A stretch of 61,076 nucleotides of DNA, filler included, from 7 parts of 7 records of this genome joined end to end with filler, not necessarily neighbours in it; one strand, 5' to 3'; positions 42,509-52,176 are shown, counted from the first letter of the whole stretch. Program-made: numbers and translations. The notes: generated by a model from the letters alone, not told the origin.

Positions 42509-42712
42509 AAAAAACTCCTTGGGAAAGAGGGAATAGTGGCCTATATCTCAAATAAATGGCCATCTATTTCATCCAAAGACACCGCCTTATATAATTACTA
42601 TTAGCCATTATTCATGACTTTGACTGGAGCAATATTTAAGGCGTTCGCGTTAATCAATAAGAGGCGGCAGAGCCGCCAAGACATTGCGTTCCCAATTACC
42701 CTCCCTTTCCGC

Positions 42713-42742
42713 TTGATTTTATACCCTGTAAGAATTTATTAT
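42713..42742 (+). promoter_or_regulatory. Promoter of ncRNA copy A
   Basis: TTGATT-18-TATTAT. Confidence 0.6.
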
Positions 42743-42749
42743 ATTCATT

Positions 42750-42845
42750 GGGGTTGTGACGCTGGTCGGTTTTCCGGCGAAGGGCGTTCAGCCTCAGGCT
42801 GTCCAATAAATGCTCCGGTCTGCCCGTCGGACGTCGTCACCCCCC
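42750..42845 (+). ncRNA. Structured RNA family copy A (intergenic, just past the stop of the polyvalent gene)
   Basis: Closing stem gggg..gtgacg/cgtcac.cccc; core gggcg-tt-cagcc-tca-ggctg-tcca...tgccc. Confidence 0.75.
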
Positions 42846-42869
42846 TTATTGAATCCGCGCAGCCGGTTA

Positions 42870-45595
42870 TTATTTTTTATTTTCTATCCGCCTTACTTCA
42901 GCGGACAATTCCCGAAGTTCAAGCAATGTCATTTCTGAAAAGGGATTCTTGCAGGCCGGATCATAGCGGCTCAGTAAATTCAATATCCGTTTCTTGCGCC
43001 CCAAAGACACGCCGGTCGATTGCAGAACCTCCATGATAAATCGCTTGCTCCTGGCGAATTCTTCCCTGCCCCTGGAAAGCACCCTTATTTCAATGGCCAG
43101 TCGTCTCTGGTTATTCCGGCGTTGCCCGGCCTCCTCAAGCCTGCCATCCTGGTAGGCCATCCTGGCCGCCATATCTTCGTCCTTCAAACGCCTTTTCATG
43201 TTATCATTGCAAACAGCTAATTCCTCTTCCGTCCAAACTTCGACCCGCTGTTCCATCGACTTTTTCAGTTCATCAGAACTGCGCATTTGGCGGCTGTCAT
43301 CATTAGTCAAGGCCCGGATTTCCATATCAAGCAATTCAATATATTCATCAGTAATGCCCAAAACTTCAAAATCGATCACGGCCAAATATTCCTCTTCAGC
43401 CGTATCCAAATAGTCCTCCACCAATTCCTTTTTAGAAGGTGTTTCCAAAAGCGCGGCCAACAAATCACTACTATTTTTAAAGCCGTATTCGGTCCGGTAT
43501 TCCTCGGCAAGCAAATCCAATGACAGCTTTCCGTTTTTCCACACCAGGCCCACGCGCTTTTTCGTAATTTCACGAATGGTTTCTTCTTCGTAGTAAAATA
43601 AAAGATCCTCTTCGCGCAGCCCCCCGCGCTTCACAATATCATCCATCAGCACATGCACGGGATGCTGTTTGGCCATTTCCCGGCCCTGGGCGCGCCAGCC
43701 GGCCATTCTGGATCCGACTTCGCATTCCCGTTTTTTCTTCACCGCCTCTTCAGCCGCCCTGCCGGCCCTGGCCGCCATTTCCTTGTATTCATCGGTTTGA
43801 AAAAATGCAAAAATCTCCCGGCCTTGTTCATCGATCCGGAAACCACCCTTAATCCGGCCGCCGCGATCTTGATTCAACTGATCGGATTCGTCAGGCTTTT
43901 TTTCTTGTTTTTTTTCATTTTCGGGAGTATTTTTAAATAGAGGTATATACTGGTGAACTCCATTGAGAGATGGGCGTTCAGCTTCCAGCTGTCCACTAAA
44001 GACGCCGAGTCGCCCGCCGGCCGCCAATGAAATACCTCTAATTTTTTCTTCTACACGGCCGCCGCGTTCTTGACTCAACTCCTCGGATTCTTCAGGCTTT
44101 TTATCTTGAATTGATCCCTGTTCAGATGTAATATCAGAGCTTGAGGGTGTGAGGGGACGCCTGCTAAACCGGGATGGGCGTTCAGCTTTGTGCTGTTCAA
44201 AAAATTGGCCGGTCTGCCCGTCGGTCGTCGCCGAATCACCCTCAATTATTTTTGTTATAATTTTTTTTGTCCCTTTAGGCGCATTCTTAGCTAATGTTTG
44301 ATAAGCAAAATTCTTACTTTTTGCTTTCCAAAATCCGTCTACATAGAGTAATTCGGGGTTTTCCTTGGAGGGTGGAGTCCATGATCCAACAAGGGTGTAA
44401 TATTTTGCGCCAATCTTTTTGATAAAGCCGAAACCTTGACTATTTATGTATTTTTTATTCCTTTTAGCTCTATAAAATTCATCTGCTTCATTAACTACTT
44501 CTCTTACAAAGAGCCAATCCTCGAACGTTAAATCTAAATGCTTCTTCATCTCACTGTATATTTCAAAAGCCGGTATGAGTATTATTGGAGATTCGATTTC
44601 AAGACCACTAATTTGTTTCATTTTTTGGACCATCTCAGGTGAGATTCTACGTCGGCGAAAGCATTTACTCTGATCGAACTCTTTACCTTGCGACATTACC
44701 CATTCAGCAAATTCCGCCTCATCTTCATGGTCGGTCGGTTCCATGGCATAAAGCCATCCGCCTTCCGGAACCTCTTCAGCCCAGTCCGACATCTCCAGGT
44801 CGCGGCGGGCTTCGTCCTCCCGCTTTTTCTTCACCGCTTCTTCAGTCGCCCTGCGGGCCCTGGCCGCCATTTCCTTATATTCATCATATCCGTCGTCAAT
44901 TATCGCCTTGTTTTCAAACAATGGCTGATTATTCGCCAGTTCCCGGGCCGCACGGATTTCATCTTCCGTGGACAACATCCGGTCAAACACACGTCGCATT
45001 TCATCGGAAAGTTCCACATCCAAACTATCCAGGGTTTTATAAATACGCAGAAGCCAATCCCGGAAAAGATCAAAGACGCCCTGCAACTCGGGAATAGGCG
45101 CCCGTCCTTCGGCAAGATATTTTTCAAAACCTCTGGCCCATTTTTCATGCTGAGCTCGAGTCCATTTCTGGCCGGGCTTTGCCCCGACCCAGCGGCAAGC
45201 GGTTTCATAATCCCGCCTCACCCAGTCCGGCGAATTTGGATCATTGGCAAGGTCTTCCAGATCCCGCAGGAAAAAATGCCCGATCTCATGCGGGGCAGTT
45301 GAAAAATCCTTGGCCTGGAAAAATGCCAATATCGCCCGGCCCTGTTCATCAATCCTGAAACCGCCCTTAATCCGGCCCCCGCGCTCTTGGTTCAACTCCT
45401 CGGGTTCGTCAGACTTTTTATCTTGATTTGATCCCTTTTCGGGTGTAATATCTTTATCGGGGAGAAGTGGTGTCCCGGACTCGTTACCGGGAATCGGCCG
45501 TTCATTCATTTTCGAATGTTCAAAAAATCGGGCGGGTTGGCTGTCGTCGGACTGTTTCTCCCCATTGTTTTTTTGTTCAATAAATTCTTTTCTTT
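42870..45595 (-). CDS. Large polyvalent phage protein, 5' truncated (zincin-like HExxH region, putative PBECR-like RNase domain, repeated linkers)
   Basis: Frame stays open from the contig edge (RKEFIEQK...) into the 879-aa ORF; FSTAPHEIGH, HEKWARGFEKYLAEGRAP; position next to the tail fibre. Confidence 0.7.
43905..43933 (+). promoter_or_regulatory. Promoter of ncRNA copy C (intragenic, antisense)
   Basis: TTGTTT-17-TATTTT at the position homologous to the other copies. Confidence 0.5.
43938..44040 (+). ncRNA. Structured RNA family copy C (antisense, inside the CDS)
   Basis: Perfect closing stem tagaggtat/atacctcta then a T-run; core gggcg-tt-cagct-tcc-agctg-tcca...cgccc. Confidence 0.78.
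44106..44134 (+). promoter_or_regulatory. Promoter of ncRNA copy B (intragenic, antisense)
   Basis: TTGAAT-17-TAATAT. Confidence 0.65.
44141..44245 (+). ncRNA. Structured RNA family copy B (antisense, inside the CDS)
   Basis: Perfect closing stem ttgagggtg/caccctcaa then a T-rich tail; core gggcg-tt-cagc-tttgt-gctg-ttca...tgccc. Confidence 0.8.
45423..45451 (+). promoter_or_regulatory. Promoter of ncRNA copy D (intragenic, antisense)
   Basis: TTGATT-17-TAATAT. Confidence 0.65.
45459..45563 (+). ncRNA. Structured RNA family copy D (antisense, inside the CDS)
   Basis: Closing stem ggggagaa/ttctcccc then a T-run; covaried core ggccg-tt-cattc-attttc-gaatg-ttca...tggct. Confidence 0.75.
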
Positions 45596-45695
45596 NNNNN
45601 NNNNNNNNNNNNNNNNNNNNNNNNNNNNNNNNNNNNNNNTTAATTAATTAANNNNNNNNNNNNNNNNNNNNNNNNNNNNNNNNNNNNNNNNNNNN
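45596..45695. other. Artificial contig linker
   Basis: N44-TTAATTAATTAA-N44. Confidence 0.98.
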
Positions 45696-46174
45696 ATAAT
45701 AAGGATGCCGAAAAAAATGCATCTATCATATTAAACAAATGGAGAGCATTAAATCTACCTGTTTTTCATGTCATTCATAGTTCAAAAGATCCAAATTCAA
45801 GGTTTCGCGAATCTCTGTCAGGATTCGAAATAAAAGATGAAGTTAAACCAATAACCGGAGAACCTGTGATTACAAAAAATGTCCATAGCGCTTTTATGGG
45901 TACGGATTTAAAAGACAGGTTGGATAAACAAGGAATCAATAGTGTAGTAATTACTGGATTAACCACTAACCATTGTGTTTCAACATCGACAAGAATGGCT
46001 GGGGACTTCGGATTTGATACTTTTTTAATATCAGATGCCACTGCTACATTTGACAGAATTGGAATTAATGGTGAAAAATTCTCATCCGAAATTATTCATC
46101 AAACGGCTTTAGCTAATCTGAACAATGATTTTGCACAAGTAATTGATACAAAAAAACTACTTGAATTGGTGTAA
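45696..46174 (+). CDS. Isochorismatase-family cysteine hydrolase, 5' truncated
   Basis: KNVHSAF.GT, GLTTNHCVSTSTR, SDATAT. Confidence 0.88.
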
Positions 46175-46200
46175 CAACTGTTTACAATGTGCTGGAAAGA

Positions 46201-47586
46201 TTATTGCCATCCGCCACCCAAGGCTTTATACAGTTGAACAATCGAAACAAGCTCATCGCGTTTCGCCTGGTTAAGGCTCAGTTCTGCATTTAAAAGACTT
46301 CGCTGTGCGTCGAGCAAGTCGAGATAGCCAATTACTCCGTTTAGATACTGGACTACTCCCAAACGTTGGTATTCGCGTGCTGCGCGTACCAGCTTACGCT
46401 GCGCCGAGGTAATTTCTTTGGTTTTTTCAACAGCAAAAATTGCACTGTTCACCTCGTGAAAAGCTTTTAAAACCGTATTCTGATAGGCATAAATCTGCTC
46501 TTCGTAAAAGGCTTCAGCAATGCGTTGTTCATTTTTAAGTTTACCCGCCTGAATCAATGGTGCAATAACATCGCCCGCCACAAACCAAAATGGCGATTTT
46601 AACAGGTCTTTTAAATCGTCATTTTTCCCACCAAACTCTGCAGTTAAAGCAATACGCGGGTAACGGTTGGTAACGGCTACTCCAACATCAGCATTGGAAG
46701 CAATCAGGTTTTGTTCGGCCTGCATAATGTCGGGGCGCTTCAATAACAAATCAGAAGGAAGGCCAACCGGAATCTCTTCGGGCATTTTCTGGTCAGACAA
46801 AATACTTCCCCGTTTAAACGAATGATCGTAGGAACCAATAAGCGTTGCCAACTGGTTCTCAATTATTCTTATTTCCCTTTCAACCGATGGAGCAAGTGTT
46901 CTGGTATTTTCCAGTTCAACCAAAGCTTGTTGCACCGATGTTTCGGATGTAAGTCCCCCTTCAAATCGCAGGTTGGCAATTCGCGATCCTTCCTCACGCG
47001 ATTTTATCGTTTTGTATATTATTTGTAGTTCATCATCCAGCGCTATCAAATTAAAGTAAGCTTCGGCAACTTCGGCCACAATACTTAGCTGCACAGCCCG
47101 TTGTGCTTCTACCGATGCCAGATAATCGGCTATTGCCGCCTCTTTTCCCCAACGAATATTTCCCCATAAATCAAGCTCCCATTCCAAAGTCGCCAAAAGA
47201 TTATATTCATAACTTTCCTCCTTTGCATCTCCTCCAAAATTTTCCATTTCTTTTTCAGCATGAAAGTCACCGATAACCTGAGGATACAGACCGGCAGAAG
47301 CTATTTGTTTTGAAGCCCAAAACTGCTTTAGCCTTGTTGTGGCAATTTTCAGATCGTTATTGTTATTAAATGCTGTTTCAATAAGATCCTGCAATACTGT
47401 ATCTCCGTATAGTTCCCACCACGCCATATCGCCAAGCGACATTGAATCGATCTTTGCCGTATCGAGGCTGACAGGCAACTGTAATTCGGGTCGGGTATAA
47501 ACAGAACCCACCTTACAGGAAAATGTGCTTAACAAAATCCAAAAAGCAAGAAACTGAATAATATGTATTAAGCGAATATTCTTCAT
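46201..47586 (-). CDS. RND outer membrane factor lipoprotein (NodT/OprM-like)
   Basis: Lipobox FSC, WELDLWG, RPDIMQAE, LYKALGGGW. Confidence 0.93.
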   Translation of the reverse strand: MKNIRLIHIIQFLAFWILLSTFSCKVGSVYTRPELQLPVSLDTAKIDSMSLGDMAWWELYGDTVLQDLIETAFNNNNDLKIATTRLKQFWASKQIASAGLYPQVIGDFHAEKEMENFGGDAKEESYEYNLLATLEWELDLWGNIRWGKEAAIADYLASVEAQRAVQLSIVAEVAEAYFNLIALDDELQIIYKTIKSREEGSRIANLRFEGGLTSETSVQQALVELENTRTLAPSVEREIRIIENQLATLIGSYDHSFKRGSILSDQKMPEEIPVGLPSDLLLKRPDIMQAEQNLIASNADVGVAVTNRYPRIALTAEFGGKNDDLKDLLKSPFWFVAGDVIAPLIQAGKLKNEQRIAEAFYEEQIYAYQNTVLKAFHEVNSAIFAVEKTKEITSAQRKLVRAAREYQRLGVVQYLNGVIGYLDLLDAQRSLLNAELSLNQAKRDELVSIVQLYKALGGGWQ

Positions 47587-50500
47587 TATTTTTCCTCTGA
47601 AAGTTCAACTTTAGTGTTCTTTTGTTTTTGTGGTTTTAGCTTGTAAATCATCACAAAAAAGAACGGTACCAAAACAATACCAACAGTTAAGGCAATCAAC
47701 ATTCCGAAAAACACGCCAGTACCAATCGAGTGTCGTCCTGCCGAGCCGGGACCAGTAGCCAGTACCAATGGTAACATCCCCAGAACAAAAGCCAACGAAG
47801 TCATTACAATTGGTCGAAAACGCAAACGCCCGGCTTTTATGGCAGCTTCAACCAGGTCGCATCCATTATCTACTTCAACTTTGGCAAATTCCACTATTAA
47901 TATGGCATTTTTAGCCGCTAAACCAATTAAGGTTACCAAACCAATCTGGAAATAAATATTGTTATCCAGTCCGGTTATCCAAATGCCTAAGAAGGCACCA
48001 AAAGCAGCCACCGGTAGCGATAATAAAACAGCCGCCGGAACCAACCAGCTTTCATATTGGGCGGCCAGAAAAAGAAACACAAAAAGAAAAACCAGGGCCA
48101 TGATATACCCCGTTTGTCCTCCGGCCTTTTTCTCTTGGTAGGACAAGCCACTCCAATCGTAACCAATGTTATCGGGTAACCGGGTTCTAATTATTTCTTC
48201 CATAGCAGCCATTGCATCTCCCGAACTATAGCCGCCAGCCGGGGTACCCCGAATTACTGCCGATGAAAACATATTAAATCGTTTAATACTTCCGGGGCCG
48301 GTTGTATACGATGTTTCTCCCAGTGCGGTTAGTGGCACCATGGTATCGTCGGCACCACGAACAAAAAACAGTCCCAGCATATTCTGGTTGGCACGGAAAG
48401 GTTCTTCTGCCTGAATATATACTTTGTAAATACGGTTAAACATGTTAAAGTCGTTAACATAAACCGATCCTAAAAAAGCTTTCATACTGGAAAAAACATC
48501 GGCCAATGGAATCCCCAAAAGCTTTACACGATCGCGGTTAACATCGAAATACAATTGTGGAATATCGGCTTGCAAACTCGATGAAACACCTTCTAAAGCT
48601 TCGTGTCCGGCAGCATACAACAGCAAACTATCGGTTGCTGCCACAAGGTCTTCCCAGGTGGCTCCCGATTTGGCCTGAAGCTGCAATTCAAATCCCCCCG
48701 AGGTTCCAAGGCCTGGAATTACCGGTGGTTTATTAAAGAAAAAATTGGCCTCAGGTATCTCATGAAATGCCCTGCCGGCCTCATCAATAACAGCCTGTAC
48801 ATTCATTCCTTTATCCCGTTCTCCCCAGGGTTTTAAAGTAACCGTAAGCTCTGCCCTTCCCTGGTTTACACCTGTTCTCGGGCCTGTACCGGCAATATGC
48901 TGCACGTAGTCGACTGCCGGGTGCGCTTTAAAATATTCCACCACCTTATCGGTAATTATACGCGTACGTTCGAGTGTAGCCCCATCGTTTAATTCAATCT
49001 CCAATACAAAATATCCCTGGTCTTCTTCGGGAATAAAAGAGGTTGGAATCACCTTCGATAAAACAAAAATGAAAACGAGCACCATGCCAAAACCGGCAAT
49101 TATCCGTTTTGGTTTTTTAATGGCCCCTCTTAATAAGCTTATGTATTTGTTATTTCCGGCTTGCAGCCAGGCATTAATCTTTCGGAATACTACATTTGTT
49201 CCATTAGCCGGCTTTAAAATAATAGCACACATTGCCGGACTTAAGGTTAAAGCAACAAGGGTTGATATTAACACAGAAACCACAATGGTTACAGAAAATT
49301 GCCGGTACAGTTCTCCGGTTATTCCTGATAAAAAACTAACCGGCACAAACACTGCTGCAAGTACCATGGAAGTTGCAATAAGTGCCCCCGATAAATTTTT
49401 CATAGCTTTATGTGTGGCTTCACGTGCACTCAGTTTCTCGGTTCTCATGAGGTATTCCACGCTTTCCACCACCACAATGGCATCGTCAACCACAATACCA
49501 ATAGACAAAATTAAACCCAGTAGTGTTAACATATTTAATGAAAAGCCCATTGCAAGCATAAATCCAAAAGTTCCGATCAGGGAAATAGGGACGGCAATTA
49601 GTGGGATAATGGTTGAACGCCAGTTTTGAAGCGATAAAAACACCACCAACACCACAAGCAACAAAGCCTGAAAAAGGGTGGAATAAACCTCCTTTATTGA
49701 GGCTTTAATATATGCAGTCATGTCGAAAGGAATCTGATAATCGAGACCTTCAGGAAAATTCTGACTTAATTCTGCCATGGTTGCTTTTATATTATCGGCT
49801 ACTTCAACGGCATTTGCTCCAGGCAACATATAAATGGCCAACATTGCTGCATTCCCTCCGTTTATTCCACTTTCCTGTGTATACGATGATGCTTCAAGCG
49901 AAACCCGTGCAACATCTTTCATTCGAATGATGGTACCATCGTTGGAGGCCCTAACCACAATTTGTTCAAATTCAGCAGCGGTCTCCAACCTTCCTTTTGT
50001 TGAAATAGGCAGGGTAATGTCAAGGTCATTCATGGGTTGCAAGCCCAGCTCACCCGCCGCCGATTCCCGGTTTTGATCTTTAAGGGCATCCTGCAAATCT
50101 TTTACTGTCAGGCCAAAACTTGCCAACCTGTCGGGCATCACCCAAATACGCATACCGTAGTAACGACTACCACGGTTCGATACCCGACCTACCCCGGGAA
50201 TTCTTCGAAGTACATCCAATACATTAATAGTTGCAAAATTACTCAGGTAAATCTCATCATATTTCCCATCTTCGGCCACCAAACAAATGGTAAGCAATTG
50301 ACTTGCCGATTGTTTTTCAACAGATAATCCATTCTGAACAACTTCGGCCGGTAGTCGCGATTCGGCCAGTTTAACCCTGTTTTGAATTTCAACTGCTGCC
50401 AAATCAGGATCAACACCAACATCAAAGGTTACGTTTATACTTATTCCCCCCGAGTTTGAACTACTCGACTCCATATAAATCATCCCTGGGGTTCCGTTTA

Positions 50501-50708
50501 ATTCCTGCTCGATGGGAGTTGAAACTGCCTGCGAAACAGTTACGGCACTTGCTCCGGGATACGATCCACTAATTTTAACAACAGGCGGTGTAATTTTCGG
50601 ATACTGATCAATGGGTAACAGCATTAAACCAATAACACCGATAATAACCAGTAATATTGAGATAACCGAAGAAAATACCGGGCGTTCAATAAAAAATCCA
50701 GGTTTCAT
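47586..50708 (-). CDS. RND efflux permease (HAE1 family)
   Basis: FIERPVFS, GIVVDDAIVVVE, AAKNAILIVEFA, RFRPIVMTS. Confidence 0.96.
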   Translation of the reverse strand: MKPGFFIERPVFSSVISILLVIIGVIGLMLLPIDQYPKITPPVVKISGSYPGASAVTVSQAVSTPIEQELNGTPGMIYMESSSSNSGGISINVTFDVGVDPDLAAVEIQNRVKLAESRLPAEVVQNGLSVEKQSASQLLTICLVAEDGKYDEIYLSNFATINVLDVLRRIPGVGRVSNRGSRYYGMRIWVMPDRLASFGLTVKDLQDALKDQNRESAAGELGLQPMNDLDITLPISTKGRLETAAEFEQIVVRASNDGTIIRMKDVARVSLEASSYTQESGINGGNAAMLAIYMLPGANAVEVADNIKATMAELSQNFPEGLDYQIPFDMTAYIKASIKEVYSTLFQALLLVVLVVFLSLQNWRSTIIPLIAVPISLIGTFGFMLAMGFSLNMLTLLGLILSIGIVVDDAIVVVESVEYLMRTEKLSAREATHKAMKNLSGALIATSMVLAAVFVPVSFLSGITGELYRQFSVTIVVSVLISTLVALTLSPAMCAIILKPANGTNVVFRKINAWLQAGNNKYISLLRGAIKKPKRIIAGFGMVLVFIFVLSKVIPTSFIPEEDQGYFVLEIELNDGATLERTRIITDKVVEYFKAHPAVDYVQHIAGTGPRTGVNQGRAELTVTLKPWGERDKGMNVQAVIDEAGRAFHEIPEANFFFNKPPVIPGLGTSGGFELQLQAKSGATWEDLVAATDSLLLYAAGHEALEGVSSSLQADIPQLYFDVNRDRVKLLGIPLADVFSSMKAFLGSVYVNDFNMFNRIYKVYIQAEEPFRANQNMLGLFFVRGADDTMVPLTALGETSYTTGPGSIKRFNMFSSAVIRGTPAGGYSSGDAMAAMEEIIRTRLPDNIGYDWSGLSYQEKKAGGQTGYIMALVFLFVFLFLAAQYESWLVPAAVLLSLPVAAFGAFLGIWITGLDNNIYFQIGLVTLIGLAAKNAILIVEFAKVEVDNGCDLVEAAIKAGRLRFRPIVMTSLAFVLGMLPLVLATGPGSAGRHSIGTGVFFGMLIALTVGIVLVPFFFVMIYKLKPQKQKNTKVELSEEK

Positions 50709-51862
50709 TGTTCAGAGTTTTTAGTGCTTGAGATTTCTGTGTTTTCATCCGTGGCTTTAGTGGGTTTTACTTTTACTCCCGGATGAATTTTATGTTGTCC
50801 GTCAATGATAACCTGTTCTCCTTTCGACAGCCCCCGTTCAACAACTACCGAATTTTCAAATTCTACACCGGGTTGAACAAAACGTTTTTCCACAATTGTA
50901 TCACTTCGCATCACATAAACAAAACTCCCGCCTTTTTCAATGATCAAGGCTTTACGCGGAATCACAGTTGCATCTTCAATTATATCCAGCAGAAATTTTA
51001 CGCGAGTAAATTGCCCGGGGAGCAATACCTGGTGAGGATTAGGGATTTCGGCACGAACACCAAAAGTACCCGATTTAGGATCAACCACAGGATCTGCAAA
51101 ATCAACAATACCTTTTAATGGATATTCGGTATTATCTGCTAAAGTTACATTTATGGTAGGTTTCCAGGTACGTGAGCTATCCACATCACCAATATGTACA
51201 TTTCGTTTTTTACTGCGCAAATAGTCCATGGCCGTCATTTTAAAATCAACAAAAACGGTATCACTCTGAACTACAGTTGCCAGCAGCGATTTATTTCCCG
51301 GCCCAACCAAAGTGCCAATATCCACATAACTATCGCTAATCCTTCCTTCCAGTGGCGAACGCACATTGGTATAATCAAGTTCCAATCGGCTTTGCGCCAG
51401 TTCAGCTTTGCTCATGGCAACATTAGCCTCTGCATTTTCGTAGCTTGAAACCGCATTATCCAAATCCAACTGACTTGCCGCGTTTTGTTCAAAAAGAGGG
51501 CGCATACGTTCAATATCACGAATCGATTTTCGCAAGGCTGCACTATCTCGTTTTAGTTGGGCAACAGCTTTTTCATACCTGGCCCGGTACAGAGACGGAT
51601 CAATTTGAAACAGAGTTTCATCTTTTTTTACGCTTTTTCCCTCATCAAACATCATCTTCTTCAGATAGCCTTCAACACGTGCACGAACCTCTACATATTT
51701 ATAAGCCCTGATATTGCCCACGTATTCACCATAAACTTTCACGTCTTCCTTTTCGGCGGGGGAAGCAATAACGGTGGGAATAGAAACTTCCTTTTTTTCT
51801 TCACACGCATAAAACAGAACAATTAAAGCTGTAAAGAGAATTGCATTTTTAAGATTCATCAT
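50705..51862 (-). CDS. RND periplasmic adaptor (MFP)
   Basis: Lipoprotein signal, EVRARVEGYL, LDYTNVRSP, LLPGQF. Confidence 0.93.
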   Translation of the reverse strand: MMNLKNAILFTALIVLFYACEEKKEVSIPTVIASPAEKEDVKVYGEYVGNIRAYKYVEVRARVEGYLKKMMFDEGKSVKKDETLFQIDPSLYRARYEKAVAQLKRDSAALRKSIRDIERMRPLFEQNAASQLDLDNAVSSYENAEANVAMSKAELAQSRLELDYTNVRSPLEGRISDSYVDIGTLVGPGNKSLLATVVQSDTVFVDFKMTAMDYLRSKKRNVHIGDVDSSRTWKPTINVTLADNTEYPLKGIVDFADPVVDPKSGTFGVRAEIPNPHQVLLPGQFTRVKFLLDIIEDATVIPRKALIIEKGGSFVYVMRSDTIVEKRFVQPGVEFENSVVVERGLSKGEQVIIDGQHKIHPGVKVKPTKATDENTEISSTKNSEQ

Positions 51863-52176
51863 AAGGTATTCGTTCGGTTTTAGTCAAAAATACAATAATT
51901 CAGCAGTAATGGGTTAACAATATGTAATTATTTTAAAATTACTTTTTACTCTTCAATCAACTGTTTTTCACCGTAAAAAAACTCGTTGTAATCGCATACA
52001 GGATTTATAGGTTAACACCGCTATGGTAAGGTTTTAAAAGAGAACAAAGTGCTTTATTTAAGATCAATTCAGGCCCGTAATAATAATACTAATGCATATT
52101 CCGGATTAAATAACGAAATGAAACAATACAATTTTAAAAACTAAAACTTATTTTAGTCTGATTTTTTATATGCATC

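Noticed and set aside
42614-43036. 140-aa + strand ORF spanning RNA copy A
   Set aside because: It has no protein features, overlaps the polyvalent gene antisense, and is better explained by the promoter-RNA cassette.
42750-45563. The repeated units as a CRISPR array or diversity-generating retroelement
   Set aside because: Spacing is irregular, the repeats are divergent and structured, there is no cas or reverse transcriptase gene, and differences are not adenine-specific.
8412-45695. Six identical N/TTAATTAATTAA blocks, and apparent gene neighbourhoods across them
   Set aside because: They are artificial joins. Composition and taxonomy change at each one, so cross-linker adjacency is meaningless.
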